Source: Eledone cirrhosa
Lineage: Eukaryota
Direction of reading: 5' to 3'
Length of the DNA stretch: 64,000 nucleotides
Assembly: GCA_964016885.1 (NCBI GenBank)
Contig: OZ024744.1
Location: 38,998,001 to 39,062,000 of the forward strand
Part shown: one piece after another, positions 14,087 through 28,200 of the stretch
Position numbering within the stretch: the stretch's first letter is position 1
Layout of the letters: the number at the start of each line of letters is the position of its first letter
Position numbers and translations under genes: made by a program
Notes under the pieces: generated by a model
What the model saw: only the letters and a program-made list of their open reading frames with translations
What the model was told of the DNA's origin: nothing
Database searches by the model: none

Positions 14087-14962
14087 TTAAATAACACCCG
14101 GCCCCCATCTCACCAAGCGTGAAGCTAATAACACCATGTAACAGTTACTCCTGTGTTTGTTTGTTTATTATTTCGAATTATATAGATATAATATATATTA
14201 AATATATTGACGCAGAGAACAAACACCTTAATTGAGTCTTCGCCATAACCGATGGTTGGTAATCGATACTAATCATTGTAATCGATCGTGAATTCTTAAT
14301 TCCTTTTGGTCCTCAGAAACGGATCTGTCTGTGATTAGATGGTCATATTTGGAAGTACGTCCAATTAAAAATAACTTATTCATTTGTGAGTAATGTCTTT
14401 TATTTAACACCTTAAATTGTATTTGTTTCTATATGTATATATGTATTAAAGCCTGATAAGTTTCTCAATTGATACATATCTATATATCGTTTAAAATTAG
14501 TTTATATCATGGATGCTCTACTAAACAAACGTTTATTGATCTAGTTCTGAGAAACATTATCTATATTTTATTGATTAAACCTAAAATTAAATGATATAAG
14601 AACAAACTGAAGTACAATCTTAAGTCTGTCAACGTACCTCTTTCTTTCTTTGAAGCCATGACTGCCAACTGTAAAAGGTGGAGAACCGTTTGCCACAAAG
14701 GTATAGAGAGGTTTGAGAATCTCGTTTAGTCCACCTCTGAGAGATAAGACCTGACACCAGAGTCCGGGCAAGCATTCCAGCCTGCTCTGTTCAAGACCCT
14801 GTCACCTGCACCAAATACACATCGATGTGTAAATCAACAGCTGGATTGAAGAGACATTGGAGGCATTAACATAAAACAATGAACTGAAAACATTGTTGAA
14901 TCCTCATATGTTGAATCGACGGAAGAATCCATTATATATATATATGTGTGTGTGTGTATGTG

Positions 14963-15186
<224 letters not shown>

Positions 15187-15208
15187 CACATACACTAATT
15201 CATCGCCG

Positions 15209-15252
<44 letters not shown>

Positions 15253-15320
15253 GTCTATATATATATATATATATATATATTATTATTATTATTAAGTAAT
15301 AAACAACATAAGGCAATTAT

Positions 15321-15378
15321 TCCATTTACCAGTGGTTTCTTAAAAGCAAAAGGTTTTGCTTTCAATCCTCAGAACGAA
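15321..15378 (-). ncRNA. Type I hammerhead ribozyme (family E, distal)
   Basis: ttcgtt-CTGAGGA-ttgaaagcaaaa cc ttttgcttttaa-GAAA-ccactgg-TA-aatgga. Confidence 0.85.
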
Positions 15379-15512
15379 AAAATCCTGGTTTGTTTATTGA
15401 ATTTGGATCTTAAAAACAAAAAAGCAAGCTATATGAAAGTGAGGCTGGAGAAGGAAGAAGGAAAGGAAAAAATAAAAACAAAATAAGACTACCCATACAA
15501 CCACACATACAC

Positions 15513-15547
<35 letters not shown>

Positions 15548-15926
15548 TGTGTATGCGCGCACGCACGCACGCGTATACAAATATAAATATATTTCCCCCA
15601 TACACATGTGTGTGCGTGCATGCGCGCATACGCGCAGGGTATGTTCTGTTGAAAGTGTCTCGTGAATTTATGGCTACAGTTGTATAGATTATACTTAGAA
15701 ATTGTCCACAGAATTCCCTAAACCTTCGTCAATATACTAGAACCTTTAAGAATTTAGCTTTTAAGGAATCTCCCCTTCCTCTAAATCTATCTACCATGAC
15801 TGACCCCATACTGATCTTACAGACACCTGTAAGCTAAAGAGAAAGCCAATGATAAGGAATGGCTCCAATCTGAATACAGAAATCTGTCTGCCTTTGTTCC
15901 TCTAAGAACAAACATATACAAACATT

Positions 15927-15968
<42 letters not shown>

Positions 15969-15975
15969 TATCTAC

Positions 15976-16034
<59 letters not shown>

Positions 16035-16414
16035 TACACACACACATATACACACACACACATGCATATATACACACACATACACACACACAAAAGCACA
16101 TATACATACGCACGAAATAGTCAACGCATTCACACACTCTCACACATAAAAAAATTCAAATACATAACCGCATACATACGTATACATGCATAACCACGCA
16201 CAAGTGTACAATCTATACACACACACACATGTGTATACAACTATATGCACACACACACATATATGCATACATAAGCACACATATAATTACATAAATACAA
16301 ACGTACACACACACATATATATACACACGTACACATACACACACATATACATACATAGCTAAACAATTATACACATACAAATACGTATATATCAAAAACA
16401 CGCACAACAGAACA

Positions 16415-16466
<52 letters not shown>

Positions 16467-16545
16467 TATATACACACACACACATATACAATTATCAATA
16501 TATACACACGCACATATGTACACACACACATATATACACACACAC

Positions 16546-16625
<80 letters not shown>

Positions 16626-16791
16626 GCATATACACATATACACACATACACAACCACGCCCACACACATGCATACGCATACACACGCGTATATGCGTGTG
16701 TGTATGTAAAACTCAATCTTAGATAAACCATAAGGACCTTACATATACGTATATATAGTAGTAAAGTATTAAAGCAACATAAGGCAATTAT

Positions 16792-16850
16792 TCCATTTAC
16801 CAAGGGTTTCTTAAAAGCAAAAAAAATGTTCCTACAATCATCAGGATGAG
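16792..16850 (-). ncRNA. Type I hammerhead ribozyme (family E, proximal)
   Basis: ctcatc-CTGATGA-ttgtagg..gcttttaa-GAAA-cccttgg-TA-aatgg; stems I and II partly decayed. Confidence 0.7.
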
Positions 16851-16982
16851 AGAAACCTGGCTTATCCACACATACACATATATACACACACACACACATA
16901 TACATACATATAAAAACATGCACACAGGCACACACACACATACGTATAAACATATATACATACACACATACACACACATATC

Positions 16983-17066
<84 letters not shown>

Positions 17067-17290
17067 TACACATATATACACACAAATATACACACACATA
17101 CACATAGGTATGTGGAGGGCAAGGCAAAAAGGCAAAAAGAATATATGTGGGGGCCGCATAGGAGAAGGTAAAATATAAGGGGAGGTAAGGGAGAAAAAAA
17201 TATATATAATAAATGTAGGTATACAAGAGTACAGAACGTAGAAACAGTAAAATAAAAACCGTAGCAGAAGTAAAGAGCGGGTGAAGGAGT

Positions 17291-17809
17291 TCAAGGCGGT
17301 TGATTTCTCATAGGAGTGTCAATCCAGTTACAGATCAGGTGCGGTCTCAGATGAGGACAGCATCTGAAGATCTCAGTCTTTGAATTAAGGCAAGCGGAAG
17401 TGTCTCTCAAGTTTAGCAAAATCCTATACTTTTCTGTGGTACACAAAGAACAATTCTTTGTGCCCCTTTGGTACTCCCTCGAATGGTCTAATATAGACCA
17501 ATCAATAGAGTACGGGATGTTACTATCCTTGAGTTCCCACACCTTACTTGCGAGGGCCGTTGATGTTCGTTTATCGGAGTGCTTAAAAGAAGCGACATGT
17601 GAGTAAAATCTGGTTTTAAACCTGTCCTGGGTCATACCGACATATCGCTCACTCCTGGCTGGCTGGTTGTTGATTACTGGTGTTATCGTAGCCTCATAAA
17701 CGACAGATTTAGTGTTACATCTACCCTGCAATGGGCATTCGTCCGGCTTCCTGCAACTGCATCCTGAATTTATTCTCGTCCGGTTTGAGCTGGTGATTTT
17801 GGACTTCAT
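17291..17809 (-). CDS. PLE Cys-rich linker + GIY-YIG endonuclease (C-terminal part of the polyprotein)
   Basis: CSCRKPDECPLQGRC, VVYEA..YVGMT..FKTRFYSH, WSIL, CSLCTTEK. Confidence 0.9.
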   Translation of the reverse strand: MKSKITSSNRTRINSGCSCRKPDECPLQGRCNTKSVVYEATITPVINNQPARSERYVGMTQDRFKTRFYSHVASFKHSDKRTSTALASKVWELKDSNIPYSIDWSILDHSREYQRGTKNCSLCTTEKYRILLNLRDTSACLNSKTEIFRCCPHLRPHLICNWIDTPMRNQPP

Positions 17810-17997
17810 AGATGGGCAACAAGAGTAGCTGATCTTGACTACGTTCCTTATTAAATATCTTATAGTATCTATGATTAGGAGGAAAATGTTTGTCTAATAG
17901 TTCAAGGAATTTCCTTCCTACATTAGTTTTGACAGTTAGAGAGAAGGGGGGGTGTGTGAACCAAATAATCTTCCTTTTCCTGTTATTGTGGTTAGTT

Positions 17998-19050
17998 TTA
18001 GGGGGGGGGAGTAGGTAAATAAGAATTTTTTTCTGTGAAACCACTGTTCTTAAGGGCTTTATTATAATAAGGGGCGGCTTTATTAAAAATGTCTATAGAC
18101 GAAGATAAGGTAGAAATCCTACGGCTAATGTTAGGAATAAGATTATTAAAAACTATAGGGGGATGGCAAGACTCTTTGTGTATATACCTAAGATTTTCGT
18201 TAGGTTTATGGTAGGGTTTAAAAGAGGCAGTAAGTAAATCAAGATTAATATCGAGAAAGTTAGCATTAGTAAGGTTCGTATCTATAGTAATTTTAAGGTT
18301 AAGATTAGCAAAAGTATTGATTAAATCTTTACGGAATTTATCAAGGTCATGGCCGTTGGTGGTATGAGAAACTGCTAATCCGTCATCACGGTATAAACCG
18401 ATATTATGGGACGGAAATTTCTCTTTGAGGGTGTGGAGAAGGAACAATCCAACTAAGTCACACACATCCGCACTGTCATATGAACCCATTGCGACATCAA
18501 AAGAGTTTTCAGGGTTTGACTTTTTAACCCAAATATTATCATTAGTAAAAAGTAAAGTTTTTCTAGCATGGAGGATGTCTTCTTCTAATTTAGAAATATT
18601 AATGGAGGGTCTTGCAAAATCTAAGGCCTTAGTTAATAAGGACACAGTAATAGAATGGTAAAAATCGACAATATCAAACTGGGTAAATCTACACTTATTT
18701 TTACCTTGTATATTATTGAACCAAGAAATAACAGAGGAAGTATTTAGCCACTGTGATAGGTCAGTGTTAGTTCTGATTTGGAGAATTATTTTTCTTAAGA
18801 TATTCTTACTTACAAGGCCAACCTCGGATTTAGCCGGGTTAATCAATCTACAACTAGGTCGATTAGTAAAGTCCAATTTATGGTCTTTAAGGGTAATATA
18901 TTCTTTACGCTTAGCTAAGCTTTCAATCCGGTTATCTATTTGTAAAGAACTAGCTAGTTCTTTAGCTTCTTTATTGATAGTATTGTAGGTATTATTATTA
19001 GTTAATTGATATTTATTGGTAATACTATTAGTTAAAAGTTGGTTATACAA
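17998..19050 (-). CDS. PLE reverse transcriptase (5'-truncated; frameshift at poly-C)
   Basis: RLINPAKS, FDIVDFY, GSYDSADVCDLVG, YRDDGL, NFLDI, HPP. Confidence 0.92.
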   Translation of the reverse strand: MYNQLLTNSITNKYQLTNNNTYNTINKEAKELASSLQIDNRIESLAKRKEYITLKDHKLDFTNRPSCRLINPAKSEVGLVSKNILRKIILQIRTNTDLSQWLNTSSVISWFNNIQGKNKCRFTQFDIVDFYHSITVSLLTKALDFARPSINISKLEEDILHARKTLLFTNDNIWVKKSNPENSFDVAMGSYDSADVCDLVGLFLLHTLKEKFPSHNIGLYRDDGLAVSHTTNGHDLDKFRKDLINTFANLNLKITIDTNLTNANFLDINLDLLTASFKPYHKPNENLRYIHKESCHPPIVFNNLIPNISRRISTLSSSIDIFNKAAPYYNKALKNSGFTEKNSYLPTPPP

Positions 19051-19372
19051 AGTACTATTAACTTCAAAGAGGTTTTTAGTTTTATCAGAAAGACATTTTT
19101 AATAAAGCCGCCCCTTATTATAATAAAGCCCTTAAGAACAGCGGTTTCACAGAAAAAAATTCTTATTTACCTACTCCCCCCCCCCTAAAACTAACCACAA
19201 TAACAGGAAAAGGAAGATTATTTGGTTCACACCCCCCTTCTCTTTAACTGTCAAAACTAATGTAGGAAGGAAATTCCTTGAACTATTAGACAAACATTTT
19301 CCTCCTAATCATAGATACTATAAGATATTTAATAGGAACGTAGTCAAGATCAGCTACTCTTGTTGCCCATCT

Positions 19373-19891
19373 ATGAAGTCCAAAATCACCAGCTCAAACC
19401 GGACGAGAATAAATCCAGGATGCAGTTGCAGGAAGCCGGACGAATGCCCATTGCAGGGTAGATGTAACACTAAATCTGTCGTTTATGAGGCTACGATAAC
19501 ACCAGTAATCAACAACCAGCCAGCCAGGAGTGAGCGATATGTCGGTATGACCCAGGACAGGTTTAAAACCAGATTTTACTCACATGTCGCTTCTTTTAAG
19601 CACTCCGATAAACGAACATCAACGGCCCTCGCAAGTAAAGTGTGGGAACTCAAGGATAGTAACATCCCGTACTCTATTGATTGGTCTATATTAGACCATT
19701 CGAGGGAGTACCAAAGGGGCACAAAGAATTGTTCTTTGTGTACCACAGAAAAGTATAGGATTTTGCTAAACTTGAGAGACACTTCCGCTTGCCTTAATTC
19801 AAAGACTGAGATCTTCAGATGCTGTCCTCATCTGAGACCGCACCTGATCTGTAACTGGATTGACACTCCTATGAGAAATCAACCGCCTTGA
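19373..19891 (+). CDS. PLE linker + GIY-YIG endonuclease, inverted copy
   Basis: One amino acid different from 17291-17809. Confidence 0.9.
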   Translation: MKSKITSSNRTRINPGCSCRKPDECPLQGRCNTKSVVYEATITPVINNQPARSERYVGMTQDRFKTRFYSHVASFKHSDKRTSTALASKVWELKDSNIPYSIDWSILDHSREYQRGTKNCSLCTTEKYRILLNLRDTSACLNSKTEIFRCCPHLRPHLICNWIDTPMRNQPP

Positions 19892-20765
19892 ACTCCTTCA
19901 CCCGCTCTTTACTTCTGCTACGGTTTTTATTTTACTGTTTCTACGTTCTGTACTCTTGTATACCTACATTTATTATATATATTTTTTTCTCCCTTACCTC
20001 CCCTTATATTTTACCTTCTCCTATGCGGCCCCCACATATATTCTTTTTGCCTTGCCCTCCACATACCTATGTGTATGTGTGTGTATATTTGTGTGTATAT
20101 ATGTGTATATATGTATATATATATATATAAATCAGGAAAGAAGGTTTACATGGTTTGCTATACAAAAAAGTTTTTAATCACATAGCTTACATTTGTTTCA
20201 CTGAACTGGTATGTCTAGAGATCGCTATCCGCCTAATTTTGCGTCACTCGATCGCCAATACAGAATTATAACCAGTCAGATCTTCGGAGCATGCGAGAAT
20301 GAAGAAAATACACAGGCAAGAAAAGAAAAGAAAATATGGAGTAGTTATGGCATTTAATTAGAACAATAACAACAACAATTATTACAACAATGCTATCAAT
20401 AAACTATTTAAGGAGACCCTGACATTACTTAGGTGGGGGGTATATAATGTATCTAATGTTACGGCGTGAAATCCAGCTGTCATAAGGCAAAAAGTATCGT
20501 AGTGTGTATCAATTTTAAATTATAAAGACTGTAAAAACTAGCTTATCTTTATAATTTATAATTTAAAATTGATACACACTACGATACTTTTTGCCTTATG
20601 ACACACAAATATCTATATATATATATATATATAGATATGTGTGTGTATGTGTGTATGTATATATGTTTATACGTATGTGTGTGTGCCTGTGTGCATGTTT
20701 TTATATGTATGTATTTGTGTGTGTGTGTGTGTATATATGTGTATGTGTGGATAAGCCAGGTTTCT

Positions 20766-20823
20766 CTCATCCTGATGATTGTAGGAAAAATTTTTTTGCT
20801 TTTAAGAAACCCTTGGTAAATGG
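20766..20823 (+). ncRNA. Type I hammerhead ribozyme (family E, proximal)
   Basis: CTGATGA...GAAA-cccttgg-TA-aatgg; mirror of 16792-16850. Confidence 0.7.
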
Positions 20824-20993
20824 AATAATTGCCTTATGTTGCTTTAATACTTTACTACTATATATACGTATATGTAAGGTCCTTATGGTTTATCTAAGAT
20901 TGAGTTTTACATACACACACGCATATACGCGTGTGTATGCGTATGCATGTGTGTGGGCGTGGTTGTGTATGTGTGTATATGTGTATATGCATG

Positions 20994-21120
<127 letters not shown>

Positions 21121-21131
21121 ATGTGTGTGTG

Positions 21132-21171
<40 letters not shown>

Positions 21172-21551
21172 TGTTCTGTTGTGCGTGTTTTTGATATATA
21201 CGTATTTGTATGTGTATAATTGTTTAGCTATGTATGTATATGTGTGTGTATGTGTACGTGTGTATATATATGTGTGTGTGTACGTTTGTATTTATGTAAT
21301 TATATGTGTGCTTATGTATGCATATATGTGTGTGTGTGCATATAGTTGTATACACATGTGTGTGTGTGTGTATAGATTGTACACTTGTGCGCGGTTATGC
21401 ATGTATACGTATGTATGCGGTTATGTATTTGAATTTTTTTATGTGTGAGAGTGTGTGAATGCGTTGACTATTTCGTGCGTATGTATATGTGCTTTTGTGT
21501 GTGTGTATGTGTGTGTATATATGCATGTGTGTGTGTGTATATGTGTGAGTA

Positions 21552-21628
<77 letters not shown>

Positions 21629-21635
21629 GTAGATA

Positions 21636-21691
<56 letters not shown>

Positions 21692-22067
21692 AATGTTTGT
21701 ATATGTTTGTTCTTAGAGGAACAAAGGCAGACAGATTTCTGTATTCAGATTGGAGCCATTCCTTATCATTGGCTTTCTCTTTAGCTTACAGGTGTCTGTA
21801 AGATCAGTATGGGGTCAGTCATGGTAGATAGATTTAGAGGAAGGGGAGATTCCTTAAAAGCTAAATTCTTAAAGGTTCTAGTATATTGACGAAGGTTTAG
21901 GGAATTCTGTGGACAATTTCTAAGTATAATCTATACATCTGTAACCATAAATTCACGAGACACTTTCAACAGAACATACCCTGCGCGTATGCGCGCATGC
22001 ACGCACACACATGTGTATGGGGGAAATATATTTATATTTGTATACGCGTGCGTGCGTGCGCGCATAC

Positions 22068-22155
<88 letters not shown>

Positions 22156-22245
22156 GTGTATGTGTGGTTGTATGGGTAGTCTTATTTTGTTTTTATTTTT
22201 TCCTTTGTTTTTAAGATCCAAATTCAATAAACAAACCAGGATTTT

Positions 22246-22303
22246 TTCGTTCTGAGGATTGAAAGCGAAACCTTTTGCTTTTAAGAAACCACTGGTAAAT
22301 GGA
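22246..22303 (+). ncRNA. Type I hammerhead ribozyme (family E, distal)
   Basis: ttcgtt-CTGAGGA-12-bp stem II-GAAA-ccactgg-TA-aatgga. Confidence 0.87.
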
Positions 22304-22434
22304 ATAATTGCCTTATGTTGTTTATTACTTAATAATAATAATTAAGCTCTGTTGCTTACATAGAGCACTCTTTTTTCCTGGACTTTTCCGACGGAATTAC
22401 TTCACATATATATATATATATAGACATATGTGTA

Positions 22435-22482
<48 letters not shown>

Positions 22483-22483
<1 letters not shown>

Positions 22484-22593
22484 CTGTTTCTACTTTAGGC
22501 ACAAGGCCACCAATTACCCAGTACATTACTTGTACTTTATTTTATCGACCCCGTAAGGATGAAAGGCAAAGTCAACCTCGGCGGGATTTGAAC
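22483..22593 (-). mobile_element. 5'-truncated SINE
   Basis: Reverse complement of SINE core and tail. Confidence 0.8.
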
Positions 22594-22619
22594 TATATAT
22601 ATATAACGGCGATGAATTA

Positions 22620-23680
22620 GTTTGGTGGACCAAAGCTATACGGACCCTCCAAAACAATGATCAGGTAAGAAAAATGGTCGCACATGCAATAGGGGTTAGT
22701 ATCAAAACTACCCTAAAGGGCCACATATTCAAATTCAACGAGAAGATCTTCAGCCAATATGAGGGAGTAGCCATTGGCGTCAGCATAGCTGGTGACGTTG
22801 CCAACCTTTTTATGGTATGGTGGGAAAGGAGACTCACAGATCTCCTTAATGAGAGCTCCATAGACCTCATCATGTACTCTCGTTACGTAGACGATATCAA
22901 TATAGTAATAAGGACATCCACACAAGAGAGTACTAACAAGTTTGATTTAGAACGTAGCACAATGGAAAGCATCCGGCAGATAGCTAATTCCATACACCAG
23001 AGTATAACTGTAACTATCGACTACCCTTCCAAACACCCTAACAATAGACTACCTGAAATGAACACTGGCGAGACCTTCAAGTTAATAAAGAATCATCTTT
23101 ACTCTACCAACATGCTAAAATAGAACACAAGGGTAAATTAGAGAACATAGAAATAAAAATAGAATCTACACACAGAAAAGACGCAATGTTTAGACAAATT
23201 ACAGAGGCAATAAACATAAAAGAATTACAACCAAAATTAAATAAAAAATATGAGTGGAACAGCAACATCACAACTTACAATTAAGGACAAAATGAAAACA
23301 CACACACACATAGGACAAACAACCAACCAGTAACATGTAAATAAACAAATAAATAAATGAACATAAACACACACAGACACCCGGATGTGGCGCATGCGCA
23401 GACTGAGCACACAACACACACACAGAAACAAAATGGCGTAGGACAGAACAAAGGAGAGGCACAGAAACAAAGAAAGGAATCCCCAGTCACTGAAGAGGTC
23501 ACAGAGTGTGTGACGAAAGAACTATGACTATATATAAACAACTATCTGGTTGTGGAACCAACCAACCAACCAGAAATTTATAAATTTATAAATTTATTAT
23601 AAATGTATTATAATAAACTGAAGTGAAAGCAACTGGTGCGTGTGTTTCTTATTGGCAACATGACCCTCCCAAAGTATAAC
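22620..23680 (+). mobile_element. Internally deleted PLE (Naiad-like) with 3' HHR
   Basis: RT GVAIGVSIAGDVANLFM..YSRYVDDIN (22674-23055) joined to EN C-terminus LYQHAKIEH..RQITEAINI..LNKKYEW (~23090-23260); ends near (TA)n. Confidence 0.75.
23485..23529 (+). ncRNA. Type I hammerhead ribozyme (family F)
   Basis: agtca-CTGAAGA-g gtcaca gagtg tgtgac-GAAA-gaac-TA-tgact. Confidence 0.88.
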
Positions 23681-23693
23681 AATATATATATAT

Positions 23694-23748
<55 letters not shown>

Positions 23749-23916
23749 AGAATTAGTATATCTAGCAAGATATATATACAGATGTATACCTATGCTAGCA
23801 GATATATAGGTTTTGCCTTAGTAACTTTGTGGTTCAATGCAAGGGGATGCAGAACAATTATATGAAAGACGTAAAATAAGAAAATTATAAAAATTCACTT
23901 ACTTACTAAAATTTCA

Positions 23917-23979
23917 CTCCAACTAATTACTTTCTGAAAGGGAATAAATATGGAGAAATATCCTTTCGTCATCAGGGAG
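23917..23979 (-). ncRNA. Type I hammerhead ribozyme (family A)
   Basis: ctcc-CTGATGA-cgaaagg...cctttca-GAAA-gtaattag-TT-ggag. Confidence 0.8.
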
Positions 23980-24382
23980 ATCTGTTCTCAGCTAAGTTCC
24001 CAGGCAATGCGTGGACACAGGGAACTTATACAAAAATAATTCAGTGGATGGAAAAAAGCAAGCGAGGACTAAATTCCAGGACATTGAAAAAATCACTGTC
24101 GGTGGCGAATTCAAAAGAATCAATCACGTGACATCGAGGTCAATCAGTGAGGAGTGGGGGTGCTAATAAGACAGTAGCCTGGCTATTACTATGAAGCATA
24201 GCAGTAGTTTTGGCAAATTTTTGCTCAACAAAATAATTTGGAGATAATTATAAAGAATTGTGAAGAATTTACACATAATTATAAAGAATTTACGCTACTC
24301 CGGAGTAACCAAACCAACCTGCGCACTTCGTCGAGTGCTCCAGCCTGCATACTGAGGTGTTGGTATACAACCAACATAAACT

Positions 24383-24566
<184 letters not shown>

Positions 24567-24704
24567 TATATAATATATATATATATCATATGATTCCAGT
24601 TCATCAGTGAAATAACAACCCAACCAGGAACTGGGCATATCAGAGTATTGACAATATTATACACCTCAACAACATATGTACTTGTCTATACCATACTAAT
24701 TCAA

Positions 24705-24759
24705 ACTGCCTGAAGAGGTCACAGCCAAAGATGGCTGTCACTGAAATATATATAGCAGT
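24705..24759 (+). ncRNA. Type I hammerhead ribozyme (family B)
   Basis: actgc-CTGAAGA-ggtcacagcca aaga tggctgtcact-GAAA-tatata-TA-gcagt. Confidence 0.88.
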
Positions 24760-24901
24760 AATAAACGAAGCTAAATTTTAATCACTTGACTTTTTATTTA
24801 ACTTTATTTTACACTACTCCGGAGTAACCAAACCAACCTGCGCACTTCGTCGAGTGCTCCAGCCTGCATACTGAGGTATTGGTATACAACCAACATAAAC
24901 T

Positions 24902-25026
<125 letters not shown>

Positions 25027-25160
25027 TATGTATACGTACATACATATATGTATACAGACGTACAGTAGTATGTATATACATACATACATGCTGCTCGGCC
25101 GTTAATATGTATAAGGAAAGTATATACTTTCAAACGTTCAATCAACTGACAGGAAGGTAT

Positions 25161-25203
25161 ACGGTGCTGATGACAGCTAATAAGCTAGAAACCTGTTCAT
25201 CGT
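25161..25203 (+). ncRNA. Type I hammerhead ribozyme (family D)
   Basis: acggtg-CTGATGA-cagctaataagcta-GAAA-cctg-TT-catcgt. Confidence 0.85.
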
Positions 25204-25676
25204 TCCTTTGTCAGTGTTGAACAAAAGGGCAACGATGGTTGCCGAACACTGTACGGCTAATAATTCGGACTGTTTGTTTACAAACAAACCGATCATTATA
25301 ATAAATGTTCGGTAAACCCATGCGTACATATATATATGTGGTTGTATGTATGTATATACATACTACTGTACGTCTGTATACATATATGTATGTACGTATA
25401 CACACTTATATTTAAGTAACAGCCGTACTAAGAGTGAGAAATGAAATTTCATTTTTTCCATATATATATATATATACACATCATTTTATTAATCTCCCCT
25501 AAGGTTGAGATAACATTTTGGTCGTTTGAACTGCTGCTATTTCTACTGGCCTTTTGTCTTTACACACGGCACTAGACAAAATCGGTTCCTTCCTCATTGA
25601 CTCTCATCCGGGAAGTTTTGTATGGCGCCAGTTTGTGATTTGAACTCGGGAATGTTATATGCTCCGAGCGAGAAGA

Positions 25677-25760
25677 ACCTTCTGACGAGAGTCCCCTTCT
25701 CAATAGAAGTCCGCCTGGATTATCCATTTATTTTGGGATTTGAAACCGCGCGGTAAAGGT
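25677..25760 (+). ncRNA. Type I hammerhead ribozyme at the 5' end of a PLE (family G)
   Basis: acctt-CTGACGA-gagtccc...gggattt-GAAA-ccgcgcgg-TA-aaggt. Confidence 0.9.
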
Positions 25761-25829
25761 ACATATAGTAAGTACAGCGAACTTTTTAAAATTTATTTTA
25801 AAACTTTTTCTCTATTTGCTAAACCTTGA

Positions 25830-28200
25830 TTTTATATATATATACCATATTCTCACAATAAGGATTATCTCAAAGATCTAATACTTAGAACTAATGACTT
25901 CATCCGCCGGGTACGATGGAAGGTATTCCACTTCGGAAACAAGATCAACAACCCGAATGATAATTAAAAATACAGTGATCATGATAATTACGGCTTTACT
26001 TCTTATAAAAACCTTCCTAGCAACATGCTTCTGAAGACTTTTGAAACCAGTCTATTAGATATGGTCACTAATATCAAGTTAATAAAAGATCGATACCGCA
26101 ACAGATTCCAACGGAGCCTAAAATTAACTTTGGATCAACTAGCAATAACGGAAGGGATACTCATCTGGGCTGATAAAACAGGTAATATATATTCCCTAGA
26201 CATTGATATCTATAGGAACTTTATAGTTAAGGAACTGAATAAGAAATATAGAAAAACGGATAAGTCTACCATTGATGACATTAATAGAAAAGGCCTTAAG
26301 ATATATTTCTTTATTTGAGAGAAGGCCTTAAGATAGTTAATCGCAGAACAGAACCAGAACTTTTAATTTGAAAGACCACAAGGACAACTTTGAATCTAAC
26401 GCCTCTATTAGACTAATAGGCCCCTCTAAATCTGACACAGGACGCATAAGTAAGCACATTCTAGATAGGGTTCTAATACAAATAAAAAAGCAGACTGACT
26501 TTGAAACTCTGGGGCAATACCGGAGACGCAATCAATAAATAGAGGATAAATCAACTTATAATTTAATTCAATTTGACATAGATAACTATTATTCATGTAT
26601 TTCTCAAGTCCTTCCCAACAAGGCCCTTATATTCGCGATACGCAAGTAGATATAATTAGATATAATTAGATATAATTTTAACTGCTAGACGTTCGATCAT
26701 AATGTTTGATAACGAATACTGGACACGTAAGGATAGACAAAACGCCTTCGATGTAACTATAGGTTCGAGTGACTCGACCTACGTTACGGATCTTGTAGGA
26801 ACATATCTCATGCACAAATTACATCTAGAATTCCCCAGCCTCAAAGAGGGAATATATAGAGATGATGCTCTCTTATGCGTTAAGAATTTCAATGGTCAGC
26901 AGTTGGAAAGAAGAAAGAAAGCTATTAGATCCTTCTTTCACCGCATGGACCTTGAAATATTTTTTTACCATAACCTTAAACACATCAAGTTTTTAGATAT
27001 GACTTTCGACCTTAACTCTGGCTTATACGAACTCTTCCATAAATCGAACGATAATTTACATTATGTTAATCTTTGGTCTAACCATCCTAGGACTATCACT
27101 AGCTGTATTGTTAAAATTGTATCCCTTACGATCTCTAGATTGTCTGCCTCTGGATCCTCTTTCAACATACACGCCGACTACTACAACGCTGCTCTACTTA
27201 GGGCCGGTTATGATGAACTACTAAAATGTCTTCCAGATACACCATGCGGGGGAAAAATCCAACCTCCCCAACGGGAAAACATCACGAACATACCGTACAA
27301 AATTAGCCAATTTAAATACCAACGGCTCAAACCCCACAGTGGCAGGACAAATAATAATACTGATAATAAGAAAACACCAAGGAGGTCCCTCACAAAATCA
27401 TACCTATTGTATAATCCCCCGCACAATGATCTGGTAACTACTAAGCTATCCTATCTCTTCTTCAAACTCTTAGACGAACACTTTCCTCCTACACACAAAT
27501 TCCATAAAATACTCAGTAGGGACAAGATCCGACTATCCTATTCCACCACAGCTAACCTGGGCAACGTCGTCGTGAAATTGAATAACAAAGGCCTCCGCAG
27601 GTATGGCAATATCAATAGCCAATGAAAACCCGAACATAATCTAAACTCTCAGGAACATCTACAGCCTCCAACACTGAGCAGACCAGCACCCGCAAATACC
27701 AACGTCTCTTCCGGTTCATGCGCATATCCGGAGAAATAACAAAATACCCGGAATACCACCCCCAACACAGGAACTGGAGAAGAAACCACACACTCTACAC
27801 GGACAAACTGCAACTGCAGAAATCCCTGCAATTGTCCGTTATTGGGTAAATGTTTGTACAAAAACATCATTTACCAATGTGTGGTCAAATCTAAACTTCG
27901 AATATTTTCAAGAAAAGATGATATGTACACACCCACACATTTAGAAACCCCAGTTTAGCTAGATCTACGCCCGTGGCGAAAGAAATCTGGAATTTGAAGC
28001 GCGCTAATATTGAAGACTAGAATGGTCCGTGCTGAAATTCGCCCGTCCATGCCAGAATAAAAGAGTGAATTATGTTTGGCGGAGGTAATTGAAATAGCGA
28101 CCGGAAAGGACCTTCTAAATTCTCGGCATGATGGGATATTTAGTTGCAAACACAAGGTTCTAAAACCCTTCACGAAATACAAACTGGACTAGAACAAGAT
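25830..28200 (+). pseudogene. Degenerate near full-length PLE ORF (RT + GIY-YIG), same broad clade as the 15-22 kb element
   Basis: ADKTGNIY; GSSDS..DLVG/YRDDAL (26702-27625); CNCRNPCNCPLLGKC; EIWNLK..WSVL..ELCLAE; stops and frameshifts. Confidence 0.85.

Noticed and set aside
14843-14903. Hammerhead-like TGAAGA..GAAA-acattgt-TG-aatcc
   Set aside because: C3 missing and G at the cleavage position; at most a decayed relic
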